This document shows positions 10,219 to 20,457 of a stretch of 64,000 bases of DNA, piece by piece. The notes beneath the pieces are model-generated. The model made no database searches. It was not told the DNA's origin and saw only the letters and a list, made by a program, of their open reading frames with translations. The DNA is from Armatimonadota bacterium. GTDB taxonomy: Bacteria > Armatimonadota > SYMT01. The first letter of the stretch is position 1. Every line of letters begins with the position of its first letter. The translations under genes were made by a program, and so were the position numbers. The stretch is taken from contig JBKBRF010000023.1 in NCBI GenBank assembly GCA_046292385.1, positions 1-64,000 of the forward strand, in the 5' to 3' direction.

Positions 10219-11339
10219 CGTCCGTTCCCCTCCGCGCGGTTCCGCGGACCCTCGGGGCCGATCACCGTCTCGATGCGGCCCGTGGGGTCGATCCGGCGCA
10301 CCCGGCGCCCCGGGCGGTCCGCCACGTAGAGGCTGCCGTCCGGACCGAGCGCGATCTTCTGCGGCGCGTAGAGCGAGGCCGCGGCCGCGGCTCCCCCATC
10401 GCCGGAGGCGGCGGCGGTCCCGTTCCCCGCGATCGTCTCGATCACCCCGTGAGAGACCCGGCGGAGACGATGGTTTCCGGTGTCGGCGATGAAGAGGTCG
10501 AGCGAAGGGCCGACCTCCACGTCCGCGGCCGCGAAGAGCTTCGCCTTCTCCGCCGGCCCGCCGTCGCCCGCGAACCCCGCGCCCGCGGTCCCGGAGCCGG
10601 GACCGGTCCCCGCCACCGTCTCCATCGTGCCGTCCGGCTTCACCCGGCGGACGCGGTTGTTGCCGGAGTCGCTGATATAGACGCTGCCGTCCGGCGCCAC
10701 CGCCACCCCGGTCGGCAGGCTGATCTGCGCGCGGACCGCGGGGCCGCCGTCGCCTGCCAGCCCCGCCTCGGTGCCGGCGAAGGTGGAGATCCGCCCCTGG
10801 GGATCGACACGCCGCACCACGTGGTTGTAGGTGTCCGCGATGTAGAGCGTTCCGTCGCTATCGACGGCCAGCCCCTGCGGGCTGTTGAGCGTAGCCCGGA
10901 CAGCCGGCCCGCCGTCCCCGGAGTAGCCGTCGCGTCCGGTCCCCGCGACGGTGGCGATGACGCCTCGCCGATCGATCCGGCGTATGCGGTGGTTGTAGCT
11001 GTCCGCGACGAAGAGGCTGCCCCCGGCGTCGAGCGCCACGTCGTGGGGAGCGTGCAGCCGCGCCTTCACGGCGGGGCCGCCGTCGCCGCCGAAGCCGCCC
11101 TCCCCCGTGCCGGCTGCGACCGCCAGAAGCCCTCCCCGCTCCAGCTTCAGCAGGCGGTGCGTGCCGAGGTCGGTCACGTAGAGCGCGCCGTCGTCGTCGA
11201 CCGCCACTCCGTTCGGCTGCTCCAGCCGGAGCGACCCCGCGGCTGCGGACGGGGCTGCGGGGAGCGCCGCGCCGAGGCCCGCCGCCACTGCAGGTATAGC
11301 GATGAGCGCGATGGCCGCACGACGTGCGATTCGAGGCAT
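10215..11339 (-). CDS. Secreted NHL-repeat beta-propeller protein
   Basis: Signal peptide; repeated GDGGPA...P.GVAVD.DG.LYIAD..NHRIRR units. Confidence 0.9.
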   Translation of the reverse strand: MPRIARRAAIALIAIPAVAAGLGAALPAAPSAAAGSLRLEQPNGVAVDDDGALYVTDLGTHRLLKLERGGLLAVAAGTGEGGFGGDGGPAVKARLHAPHDVALDAGGSLFVADSYNHRIRRIDRRGVIATVAGTGRDGYSGDGGPAVRATLNSPQGLAVDSDGTLYIADTYNHVVRRVDPQGRISTFAGTEAGLAGDGGPAVRAQISLPTGVAVAPDGSVYISDSGNNRVRRVKPDGTMETVAGTGPGSGTAGAGFAGDGGPAEKAKLFAAADVEVGPSLDLFIADTGNHRLRRVSHGVIETIAGNGTAAASGDGGAAAAASLYAPQKIALGPDGSLYVADRPGRRVRRIDPTGRIETVIGPEGPRNRAEGNGR

Positions 11340-11435
11340 AGGGACCGCTCCAGACCCGCCGGGACTGCAGATCGAAGGCAGGCGACGGTAACCAGTTAAG
11401 ACGTGAGGCCGGCGATCCCTTCGCCGCGGGACGGT

Positions 11436-12584
11436 CTATCTCCCCCCGGACGACCGCCGCGACTCCGCGTCGACCGCCGCCCTGGCGACCAGGTAGGTCG
11501 CAATTCCTACGACGAGACCGGCGGCGAGAGGAACCGCACGGGAGCGGCGCCGGGAGCGGCCTGCCAGGTGGGCGGCGCCCGCGGCCGCCCCGCCCGCGAG
11601 GAGCGCCAGGGTGACCGGCGGAAGCTGCCGCGCCACCTCCGCGGGGTCGAGCAGCCCGTGCGCGGGCTCGGAGCCGGCCGGGTGGCCGACCAGGCCGAGC
11701 GATCCCGGCTCGACGCGGACTTCCAGGCGGGTGGTGCTCTCGACCTCGTTCCCGTCCACCTGGACCGGCTGCGGGAGCTCGGTTTCGATGGTGATCTCCC
11801 GTCCCCGGTAGACCTCCAGGAAGTCGCGCCGCTGCGGTCTTCCGAGCAGCGCGTCGAGCGCCATCAGCGCCAGCTCGCGGGGGGTCCGCGCCCGCAGGAT
11901 CGCCACTTCCAACAAGCCGTCGGCCGGATCGGCGCCCGGGACCAGCTCCACCCCACCCGTGATCCGGCCGAGGTTCGCTACCAGCACCGTCTGCGCGTGG
12001 CGGCGCACGGAGCGGCCGTCGATGGTGATCCGGTACTCCGCCCGGGCGCGGCGGCGGTTCTTCCACGCCGCGATGAAGTAGGCGAGCGGCCCGAACCGGC
12101 TCTTCAGCTCCCGGTCCGCGTCCCGGATCATCCGCGCGTCGGCGCCCATGCCCGCCATGATCAGGAACGCGTGTCCGTTGGCGCGCCCGACGTCGATCCG
12201 CCGCACGGGACCGGTCAGGGCCAGGCGCATCGCTTCCTCGGCGTCGGTCGGCAGGCCCAGGTTCACCGCCAGCAGGTTGCCGGTGCCCCCGGGGATCACC
12301 GCCAGCGCGGCGTCCGTGCCCGCCACTACCCCCGCGGCCTCCATCACGGAGCCGTCGCCGCCGCAGACGATCACCCGCTCCATGCGGTCGCGCAGCGCGG
12401 CCTCCGCCAGCGGCGCCGCCCCGGCCAGCTCTTCCGTCTCCTGCAGCTCGCAGGGTAGCCCCGCCGCGCGCGCGAGCGACTCGACGCGGGCGCGCCGCGT
12501 CTCCAGGGTCTCCGTCCCGGACGCGGGGTTGAAGATCACCGCAACGCGCTCCAGGTTACAGCTCGATTCGAGCAGCTCCGGCAT
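11436..12584 (-). CDS. Diacylglycerol/lipid kinase family protein (YegS/DagK-like)
   Basis: FNPASG, CGGDGS, PGGTGNLLA, GMGADA, QVDGNE motifs. Confidence 0.9.
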   Translation of the reverse strand: MPELLESSCNLERVAVIFNPASGTETLETRRARVESLARAAGLPCELQETEELAGAAPLAEAALRDRMERVIVCGGDGSVMEAAGVVAGTDAALAVIPGGTGNLLAVNLGLPTDAEEAMRLALTGPVRRIDVGRANGHAFLIMAGMGADARMIRDADRELKSRFGPLAYFIAAWKNRRRARAEYRITIDGRSVRRHAQTVLVANLGRITGGVELVPGADPADGLLEVAILRARTPRELALMALDALLGRPQRRDFLEVYRGREITIETELPQPVQVDGNEVESTTRLEVRVEPGSLGLVGHPAGSEPAHGLLDPAEVARQLPPVTLALLAGGAAAGAAHLAGRSRRRSRAVPLAAGLVVGIATYLVARAAVDAESRRSSGGR

Positions 12585-12837
12585 CGAACTCTCCGGCCGC
12601 CGCCGGCGCGGCCTGCGCCATCCAGGGACGAAAGCGCTCTCTTGCTTCCGACGCACTACCCTTTTGCTACCCACGCGCGCGCGCCGTCACTCCCTAGACG
12701 CTCCCGACCCCACCCCCACCGCCACCTCGGCTCTCCGCCTTCCAGGGTTCCACGCCGCTGGATTCCTGCTGACTAGCGCGACGCAGCCTGCTAGAGTCGG
12801 GGGGCCGGTCTTTTCAGTTCGTTGACCCACAGTCCAT

Positions 12838-13497
12838 ATGCCCCGCATCATCGACCTTACCCTCCCCCTCCGGCACGGGATGCGCGGGGTGGCGTTCGAG
12901 ACAGCCACCACGCTCGAGCGGGACGGCTGGAACACACGGACGCTGCACCTCTACTCCCACGCGGGGACGCACGTCGACGCGCAGACCCACTTCGCGGCGG
13001 GACCGGGGACCATCGACGCGCTTCCGCTGGAGCGCTGCGCCGGCTGGGCGTGGGTGGTCGACCTGCGCCACCTCCCGGACCGCGCGTCGATCTCGACCGC
13101 CGATCTCGGCGGCGTGGCTCAGCGCTTCGGTGCCGGGGAGTCGCTCCTGCTGCGGACCGGGTGGTCGCGTCACGTAGACGAACCCCAGCGCTATCGCTCG
13201 GCGTTCCCCCGCATCTCGGAGGAGCTGGCGCGCTGGTGCGTCGAGCGCAGGGTCAACGTCCTGGGAGTAGAGTCGCCCAGCGTGGCCGACGTGCACAACC
13301 GCGAGGAAGTCACGTTGATCCACCGCTTGCTGCTCGAAGGAGGCGTTACGATCGTCGAGGGGCTGACGGGGCTGGAGGCGCTCACGCAGGAGCGGGTCTA
13401 CTTCGTCGCCGCGCCGCTCAAGATCGCCGGCGGGGACGGCGCCCCGTGCCGCGCCTTCGCGCTGGAGGGGATCGTGCCGGAGTCGGCCCTCCCGTGA
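12838..13497 (+). CDS. Cyclase family protein (kynurenine formamidase-like)
   Basis: HAGTHVDAQTHF (HxGTHxDAxxH), LLLRTGW, GGDGAPCRA. Confidence 0.9.
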   Translation: MPRIIDLTLPLRHGMRGVAFETATTLERDGWNTRTLHLYSHAGTHVDAQTHFAAGPGTIDALPLERCAGWAWVVDLRHLPDRASISTADLGGVAQRFGAGESLLLRTGWSRHVDEPQRYRSAFPRISEELARWCVERRVNVLGVESPSVADVHNREEVTLIHRLLLEGGVTIVEGLTGLEALTQERVYFVAAPLKIAGGDGAPCRAFALEGIVPESALP

Positions 13498-13547
13498 TCC
13501 TCCCGCGCGGCCGCGGGGGGAGGCGCCCCGCGCGCCGGTCCGAAGGC

Positions 13548-14324
13548 CTACCGTCGTTCGGCGTCGGGATGCGACGGAAGCTTGCGCCGCTCGCCGCCGT
13601 TGTCCGGCGGCAGTCCGGGAAGGTAGAACGGACAGCCGCTCCGCTGGTAAGCCCGGTATTGCTCCCCGTGCTCCGCCTCCAGGCGTGCCTCCTCGTGGCG
13701 GGAGCCGAGGAAGAAGTAGCAGGTCGCCACGGCATTGAAGGCGGCGAGGCGGGTCGTCATCCGCGGTGACAGCCAGAGCAGCGGCACGGGGGCGAAGTTC
13801 AGCGGGTGGCGGCTCCAGCGGAACGGGCCGGTGATCCGGAGCGCGCCGTCTTCGCCGGGCGCGGGTCCCTGCCCCTCCGGCGGCGGACGGACCTCGTCTT
13901 CGCCGGAGAGCCATACCGCCAGGCTCCGGAGGCCGCTCAGCTCTCCCATGCCGGCGGAAACCGCCGCCCAGGCGGTATAGCCCAGCGCCGCAGCCTGGCC
14001 TGCCCGCATCGCCCCGGCGAGCGGGCCGCGCACGCGGTAGAGCTCCCGATCGGGCTGGCGGCGGGCGCAGCTCCAGAGCGCCCCCAGGGAGAGCAGCGTC
14101 TGGCCGTTGTAGAGGATCCGGTAGAGACCCGCGTGACGGCGCTCCCCCAGGAGCTGCGCCGACTTCTGCTTGGCCGGCCGCGACGCCAGCGCGCTGTGGA
14201 GCAGCGCGAACGCCAGGGTGGCCCCCGCCACCCGCGCGGCGCCGGCGGCAGCCTCACCCCAGGATGCCTCTCGCGCACTCACCGGAGGGCTTGCGGCCTC
14301 CGTCACCGTCTCGAGGTCTGTCAC
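13548..14324 (-). CDS. Membrane methyltransferase family protein (ICMT/NnrU/MddA-like)
   Basis: FALLHS, TGPFRWSRHP, EEARL..EHGEQYRAYQ motifs with TM segments. Confidence 0.75.
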   Translation of the reverse strand: MTDLETVTEAASPPVSAREASWGEAAAGAARVAGATLAFALLHSALASRPAKQKSAQLLGERRHAGLYRILYNGQTLLSLGALWSCARRQPDRELYRVRGPLAGAMRAGQAAALGYTAWAAVSAGMGELSGLRSLAVWLSGEDEVRPPPEGQGPAPGEDGALRITGPFRWSRHPLNFAPVPLLWLSPRMTTRLAAFNAVATCYFFLGSRHEEARLEAEHGEQYRAYQRSGCPFYLPGLPPDNGGERRKLPSHPDAERR

Positions 14325-14420
14325 CGCTGGTCGTCAGAACCCGGGTCGTCGCCGCCGGAGCGGCCGCCAGCGCCGGGGCTCAGGGCCAGGACTCGCCACC
14401 GGGTCCCGGCCCCCCCGCCG

Positions 14421-14675
14421 TTAGCGCGTGCCTCCATAGAGGTCGCTCGTCATCTGTACCCGCTGCTCCGGGCAGAGGTGCTGCGGCCGGAAGTCTTCCA
14501 GGTTCAGCAGCAGACGCCCGCGCGCCTCGTAGTCGAGGTGCCGGTCCACCAGGCGGCACAGCCGGTCCGCCTTCGCCACCTGCTCATCCCAGTCCGGGAC
14601 CACGTGGAGCGGCAGCTCCTCGGTCTCTACGGTGGGGTGATGCAGCGTCTTTCGCTCCAGGTGATCCGTATACAT
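14421..14675 (-). CDS. Small hypothetical protein
   Basis: 84 aa ORF with GAGGA RBS. Confidence 0.55.
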   Translation of the reverse strand: MYTDHLERKTLHHPTVETEELPLHVVPDWDEQVAKADRLCRLVDRHLDYEARGRLLLNLEDFRPQHLCPEQRVQMTSDLYGGTR

Positions 14676-14941
14676 CGCTTTTCCTCTTCCTAACTCTCCA
14701 GATCCCGCTCTCTGCCGGCACTACGGGGGTGCCCCTGGGCGGGTCCCGCCCACCGGCGGGCTTGTGCCTTCACTAGTCGCTTACCCGGCCAGGTCCGGAG
14801 CCACACAACCGAATTGAGGGGCCGGCGGGGTGGCCGGTGTCGATCCCGGCGCGTAGCCGGCGGGGCGGCGCGGGTAGAGACAACCGGTGCGGCCGGGAGA
14901 GCGCCCGGCATGCAGTGAAGCCTCGCGAGGAGAGCAGCCGA

Positions 14942-16285
14942 ATGAGCGAAAAGATAATGTCCGGCGCGCCCAGCTTCGGCACCCGGAGAGAGCCGCCGGG
15001 AATCTCGTACCGCAGCTTCTACAAGGTTCACAACCCGCACAACCCCGCTACCCAGCGCTTTATGTTCTCCACCGGTATCGAGTGCAGCTACCCCACCGTC
15101 GAGTGGGAAGGCCGCCGGGTCCGCCAGGACGAGCTGGAAAAGACGAAGCACTACGACTACTGGCGCGAGGATCTCCAGCTCACGCAGGAGCTCGGGATCC
15201 GCTACCTGCGGTACGGCCCGCCCTACTACCGCATGCACCTGGGCCCGGGGAAGTACGACTGGTCCTGGACCGACCAGGTGTTCCCGGAGATGCAGCGGCT
15301 CGATCTCGTCCCGATCATCGACCTCTGTCACTTCGGAGTGCCGGACTGGATCGAGAACTTCCAGAACCCGGAATTCCCGCGGCACTTCGCCGACTTCGCC
15401 CGGGCCTTTGCCCAGCGGTATCCCTGGGTGCGGCTCTACACTCCCGTGAACGAGATGTACATCGCGGCCGAGTTCAGCGGGCTCCTCGGCTGGTGGAACG
15501 AGCGGGGCACCAGTCACGAGGCGTTCGTGACCGCGCTCAAGCACCTCGTGCGCGCCAACATGGAGGCGATGATGGCGATCCTGGAGGTGCGGAGGGATCC
15601 GCTCTTCATCCAGAGCGAGTCGTCGGAGTACATGCACGCCAGCAATCCGGAGCTGCTGGACGAAGCGGAGATGTTCAACGAGCGCCGCTTCCTCTCGCTC
15701 GATCTGAACTACGCCCGCCGGGTGAGCAGCGGGATGTATCAGTACCTGCTGGACAACGGGATGACCGCGGAGGAGTACGACTGGTTCCTGACCCACAACC
15801 TGCGCGAGCACTGCGTGATGGGGAACGACTACTACGTCACCAACGAGCACCTGCTGGTGGAAGAAGACCGCTACGAGGCGGCCGGTGAGATCTTCGGCTA
15901 CTACGTGGTGACGAGGGACTACTACGACCGCTACCACCTGCCGGTGATGCACACCGAGACGAACCGGGACGAGCCGCACTCGGAGCGGTGGCTCTGGAAG
16001 ACCTGGACCAACATCCTCCGCCTCCGCCAGGACGGCGTTCCGGTAGTGGGGATGACCTGGTACAGCCTGCAGGACCAGGTCGACTGGGACACTGCCCTCC
16101 GGGAGAACAACGGCCGGCTCAACCCGCGCGGGCTGGTGGATCTCGACCGGAACTGGCGGCCGGTGGGAAAAGCCTACCGGCGCCTGATCCAGCAGTGGAG
16201 CTTCATCTCCCTGCTCCCGAACGGACCGCTGACGCTGATCGGCGACTGGCGTGAGGCGCAGCGCCAGGTGGAGCAGGCCAGGTAG
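14942..16285 (+). CDS. GH1-like glycoside hydrolase
   Basis: TGIECSYP, HYDYWREDL, DLCHFGVP, TPVNE acid/base and HTETN nucleophile motifs. Confidence 0.85.
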   Translation: MSEKIMSGAPSFGTRREPPGISYRSFYKVHNPHNPATQRFMFSTGIECSYPTVEWEGRRVRQDELEKTKHYDYWREDLQLTQELGIRYLRYGPPYYRMHLGPGKYDWSWTDQVFPEMQRLDLVPIIDLCHFGVPDWIENFQNPEFPRHFADFARAFAQRYPWVRLYTPVNEMYIAAEFSGLLGWWNERGTSHEAFVTALKHLVRANMEAMMAILEVRRDPLFIQSESSEYMHASNPELLDEAEMFNERRFLSLDLNYARRVSSGMYQYLLDNGMTAEEYDWFLTHNLREHCVMGNDYYVTNEHLLVEEDRYEAAGEIFGYYVVTRDYYDRYHLPVMHTETNRDEPHSERWLWKTWTNILRLRQDGVPVVGMTWYSLQDQVDWDTALRENNGRLNPRGLVDLDRNWRPVGKAYRRLIQQWSFISLLPNGPLTLIGDWREAQRQVEQAR

Positions 16286-16519
16286 CGGCGCGGCGAGTGG
16301 AGGGCCGCCGCTGCCGAAAAAATGGCCGGCCCTCGCCACTCCTGACAAAGACCGGCCCAGGTCACTCGGCTAACGAACGAGACGTTCGCAAGGAGGTGTA
16401 TGCCCGGTCGAAAGGGGCTTGAATAGCTTTTTCCCGACCGGCCGCCGCACCTCGCCCTCGTCCGGCGCCATCCGCGAGTCCTCCCGATCACTTGCTCTCT
16501 CGACCGGATCTCTGCCGAA

Positions 16520-16554
16520 GCTACTTTCGATAATTCGAAAATAGCGGTTATACT
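16520..16554 (+). promoter_or_regulatory. Putative ArsR operator inverted repeat plus -10 element
   Basis: GCTACTTTCGA-taat-TCGAAAATAGC (10/11 dyad) followed by TATACT, just upstream of the ArsR gene. Confidence 0.6.
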
Positions 16555-16595
16555 AAAGCAGGCGCCGCCGGAGCGGCGCGGGAGGATGCGATACC

Positions 16596-16991
16596 GTGCC
16601 GATGCGAGATGCGCTGCGACAGTTCAAGGCGGACGTGTTCCAGGCGCTGGCGCACCCCACCCGGGTCGCCATCGTGGAGATTCTCTGCGACGGGGAGCAG
16701 TCGGCGGGCTCCCTGGTCGAGCGCCTCGGCGTGGAGCCGGCCAACGCCTCCCAGCACCTCGCCGTGCTGCGCTCCCGGCGGATCGTGGAGGGCCGGCGCG
16801 AGGGGAACCAGGTGATCTACTCCCTGCGCGATCCGCTGCTGATGGAAGTGCTGGAGGTGATGCGCCGCTACTTCCAGGCGCACCTGACGGAGGCGACCGC
16901 CATGCTCCAGGACCTGCACGACGAGCGCCCGGCGTCCTCCCCAGCCGGGAGTGGTGAGGAGAGCGAGGCAACGGTGGAGGCAGCCCAGTGA
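16596..16991 (+). CDS. ArsR/SmtB family transcriptional regulator
   Basis: FQALAHPTRVAIVEIL, SQHLAVLR, RREGNQVIYSL winged HTH. Confidence 0.92.
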   Translation: MPMRDALRQFKADVFQALAHPTRVAIVEILCDGEQSAGSLVERLGVEPANASQHLAVLRSRRIVEGRREGNQVIYSLRDPLLMEVLEVMRRYFQAHLTEATAMLQDLHDERPASSPAGSGEESEATVEAAQ

Positions 16992-18700
16992 TCGCGGACC
17001 TGCGCCGGTGGAGCCCTCGCCTGCTGGAGGCGCTGCGCGGCTACCACGCCGGTCTGCTCGGCCGCGACCTGATCGCCGGCCTGACGGTGGGCCTCGTCGC
17101 GCTGCCGCTGGCGATGGCGTTCGGGATCGCCAGCGGGGTGACTCCCCAGGCGGGCATCTACACCGCGATCGTGGCCGGCTTCCTGATCTCCGCGCTCGGC
17201 GGCTCGCGGGTGCAGATCGGCGGCCCGACCGGCGCTTTCGTGGTCATCGTCTCCGGCATCATCGCGAAGTTCGGCCTCTCCGGCCTGCTGATGGTCACGC
17301 TGATGGCGGGGCTGATGCTGATCGCGATGGGACTGACCGGGCTCGGCACTGCGATCCGCTTCATCCCCCGCCCCGTCATCATCGGCTTTACCAACGGCAT
17401 CGCGGTCCTGATCGCCTCCACGCAGATCAAAGACTTCCTCGGGCTGCAGACCGGCCCCCTCCCCGGCGAGTTCCTGGAGCGGATGGAGGTCTACCTTCAC
17501 GCGCTCGGTACCACCCACCTGCCGACCCTGCTGGTCGGCGGTGCCTCCCTGGCGACGATCCTGCTCTGGCCGCGCGTGACCCGGCGGGTCCCCGGTTCGA
17601 TCGTGGCGCTGCTGGTCGCCACCGCGCTCACGCCGCTGCTGCAGCTGCCGGTGGAGACGATCGGCACCCGCTTCGGCGGGATCCCGTTGGGGCTGCCCGC
17701 GTTCGCGATGCCCGAGCTCCGGCCGGAGCTGATCCCGGTCCTGCTCCCCTCCGCGGTGACGGTCGCGCTGCTCGCCGCCATCGAGAGCCTGCTCTCCGCC
17801 GTGGTCGCGGATGGGATGAGTGGAGACAAGCACAACTCCAACGTGGAGCTGGTGGCGCAGGGAGTGGCGAACGTGGCGGTCCCCTTCATCGGCGGCATCC
17901 CGGCCACCGGCGCCATCGCCCGCACCGCCACCAACATCCGCTCCGGAGCGGTGTCGCCGGTCGCCGGCATCGTCCACGCGCTCACCCTGCTCCTGATCAT
18001 CCTGGTCGCGGCGCCGCTGGCGCGCTACATCCCGCTCGCCACGCTCGCCGCCGTGCTGTTCGTGGTCGCCTACAACATGGGCGAGTGGCGGGAGATCGGC
18101 TCGATCCTGCGCCTCGGCAAGGCGGACAAGGCGGTCTGGGCCGCCACCTTCGCCCTCACCGTGCTCGCCGACCTCACGATTGCGGTGGAAGTCGGCATCG
18201 CCATGGCGGCGCTCCTCTACATCTACCGCGTCGCGGAGACGACCACCGTCGCCGCCGTCACCCCGGACTACGTGGAAGAGAGCCGCGTCCACAGCCTTCA
18301 GGATCAGGAGATCCCTCCGTACGTGACGATCCTGCGCATCCACGGCCCGTTCCTGTTCGGCACCACCGAAAAGCTCGCCCAGGAGACGGAAGACCTGTCG
18401 CGCCTGGCGCCGGTGGTGGTGCTGCGGCTGCGGAACATGACCGCCATCGACGCCACCGGGCTCCACGCGCTGGAAGTCTTCGCGGAGCAGCTCCGCAAGA
18501 CCGGCAAGACGCTGCTGCTCTGCGGCGCGCGGGACCAGCCCGCCCGGCTCCTGGCGCGGTCCGACTTTGTCCGCCACATCGGGCCGGAGAACATCCTGCC
18601 GCACGTCCAGGCCGCCATGCGGCGGGCCCGCGAGATCGGCGCCCCATTCGAGGGGCTCGCCCTCGAGCGCGCCGAGGACCTGGCACACGCCTCGCTCTAG
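16988..18700 (+). CDS. SulP/SLC26 anion (likely bicarbonate) transporter with STAS domain
   Basis: DLIAGLTVGLVALPLAMAF, QIGGPTGAF, ESLLSAVVAD, TGAIARTATN, STAS IDATG. Confidence 0.95.
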   Translation: MIADLRRWSPRLLEALRGYHAGLLGRDLIAGLTVGLVALPLAMAFGIASGVTPQAGIYTAIVAGFLISALGGSRVQIGGPTGAFVVIVSGIIAKFGLSGLLMVTLMAGLMLIAMGLTGLGTAIRFIPRPVIIGFTNGIAVLIASTQIKDFLGLQTGPLPGEFLERMEVYLHALGTTHLPTLLVGGASLATILLWPRVTRRVPGSIVALLVATALTPLLQLPVETIGTRFGGIPLGLPAFAMPELRPELIPVLLPSAVTVALLAAIESLLSAVVADGMSGDKHNSNVELVAQGVANVAVPFIGGIPATGAIARTATNIRSGAVSPVAGIVHALTLLLIILVAAPLARYIPLATLAAVLFVVAYNMGEWREIGSILRLGKADKAVWAATFALTVLADLTIAVEVGIAMAALLYIYRVAETTTVAAVTPDYVEESRVHSLQDQEIPPYVTILRIHGPFLFGTTEKLAQETEDLSRLAPVVVLRLRNMTAIDATGLHALEVFAEQLRKTGKTLLLCGARDQPARLLARSDFVRHIGPENILPHVQAAMRRAREIGAPFEGLALERAEDLAHASL

Positions 18701-18736
18701 CTAACGCTTTCTACCGCCTTCCCAGGAGAACGACCG

Positions 18737-19462
18737 ATGAAGCTTCCCCTGACCGCCGCCTTGCTGGCCGGCAGCCTCGCCGCGGCCCAGCTCGCCGCCG
18801 GCGCCGCGCCGCACGCCGGCAGTCCCGCTCCGGACGCCCAGGAGGTGCTCGCCGCCCTCACCGCCGGCAACCACCGTTTCGCCGCGGGCCGCGCCGCTCG
18901 GCCCCACGCAGAGCCCGCGCGGGTACGGGAGACCGGGACGCGCGGCCAGCACCCGCGGGCGGTGGTGCTCGCCTGCGCCGACTCGCGCGTCTGTCCGGAG
19001 ATCCTCTTCGACCAGGGTGTGGGCGACCTCTTCACCATCCGCGTGGCCGGCAACGTAGCCAATGAGGACGAGGCCGCATCGGTGGAGTACGCCGCGGAGC
19101 ACCTGGGGGTGCCGGTCTGCGTGGTGCTGGGGCATGCCGGCTGCGGCGCGGTCACCGCCGTGGTGAAGGGCGAGGAGCTGCATGGGAGCTTCGACCACCT
19201 CCTCGCCCCCACGCGGGAGGCGGTGGCCGCCCTGCGGAAGTCACGACCGGAGCTTTCCGGGCAGGTGCTGCTGGACGAGGCGATCCGCGCCAACGTGTGG
19301 GAGGCGATCCAGGACCTCCTGCGGGAGAGCCCGGCGGTCGCCGCGCGGCTCCGTGCGGGCAAGCTGCGGATCGTCGGCGCTCTCTACGACACGCGCACCG
19401 GCACCGTCCGCTGGCTGGGACGCCATCCGCGCGAGGCGTCATTGTTGAAGGCGGCCGGGTAA
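18737..19462 (+). CDS. Beta-class carbonic anhydrase with signal peptide
   Basis: GQHP, CADSR, RVAGN, HAGCGAV zinc ligands; hydrophobic N-terminus. Confidence 0.92.
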   Translation: MKLPLTAALLAGSLAAAQLAAGAAPHAGSPAPDAQEVLAALTAGNHRFAAGRAARPHAEPARVRETGTRGQHPRAVVLACADSRVCPEILFDQGVGDLFTIRVAGNVANEDEAASVEYAAEHLGVPVCVVLGHAGCGAVTAVVKGEELHGSFDHLLAPTREAVAALRKSRPELSGQVLLDEAIRANVWEAIQDLLRESPAVAARLRAGKLRIVGALYDTRTGTVRWLGRHPREASLLKAAG

Positions 19463-19523
19463 TCGGCGCCTCCAGAGTTGGTGCCGGCGCCCACCGCTCC
19501 GGCAGCGGGCGCCGGCGCTCGGA

Positions 19524-20186
19524 TCAATCGGGGAAGCCGAGCGTCGCGATGCCGGGCGGCGGCTCGAAGCCCGCCGCTGCGGCGAACGCCACTGCTTCGT
19601 CCTGGTCCACGCCGTCGCCGCTGACGCCCACGCCGCCCACCAGGACCCCGTTCTTGTAGAGCGGCACCCCGCCCGGGAAGACGATGATCCCGTTGCGGAA
19701 CTGGCTGCTGCCGCTGATCCCTACCTGGTTGGAGGCCCAGATGCCCCAGAGCGGTCCGGCGCCGCCGGAGCCGTCGTTGGCGTGCGCTTCCGACAGCTCG
19801 CCGATCACCCGGCTCGTCAGCGCGTTCTCGTTGCTGGAAAAGAAGGCGGCGGTGCGCGCCTTGGCGATGGCGATGTCGATGCTTCCGACCCAGGCATCTT
19901 CCATCGAGGCGAGGTCGAGAAAGCGGCCGTCGCGCGCTGCCACGGCGACGTGCATGCGGGTGGGACGCGCCTGGCCGCCGACACTCCGCAGTCCGGAGAG
20001 GGTCTCCTCCGCCGCGTCGACGCCCTGTCTCAGGATCGTCTGGATCTCCTGGCGGGTGAGCCCCCCGGGCGGGCGACGGCGGGTAATCCGCGGGTCACCC
20101 TCTCCCGACTGCGCGTGGGCTTGCTGAACCAGAGAGAGCGCACCGGCCCCCACCAGGCCGGCGAGCACGTTTCGACGCGAATCCAT
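19524..20186 (-). CDS. Tat-exported GlcG/HbpS-like haem-binding protein
   Basis: SRRNVL Tat signal, SIDIAIAKARTA, FPGGVPL, GGVGVSGD. Confidence 0.85.
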   Translation of the reverse strand: MDSRRNVLAGLVGAGALSLVQQAHAQSGEGDPRITRRRPPGGLTRQEIQTILRQGVDAAEETLSGLRSVGGQARPTRMHVAVAARDGRFLDLASMEDAWVGSIDIAIAKARTAAFFSSNENALTSRVIGELSEAHANDGSGGAGPLWGIWASNQVGISGSSQFRNGIIVFPGGVPLYKNGVLVGGVGVSGDGVDQDEAVAFAAAAGFEPPPGIATLGFPD

Positions 20187-20457
20187 CTTGGCAGCTCCTT
20201 TGAGATCAAGAAGAGCAGGCCCTGCGGCTGCAGGTGCTTTCTCTTCAGGCAGGCTGCCCCTGGAGTGCGGATCAGAAACTGAGAATCACCGGAGGGCAGA
20301 CAGTTGCTCCGGTCCGCATGGCACTCGCGAAGTGATTCGCGTCACAATCACCCAACACCGCCGCACGGAGAACTGAACCAACCACTCCCCCGCCTCCGCA
20401 ACTCACCTCTCCGTCTGTCCGCAGCCGGTATCGGGCGGCCGTCCGAAAGTTCACGCC

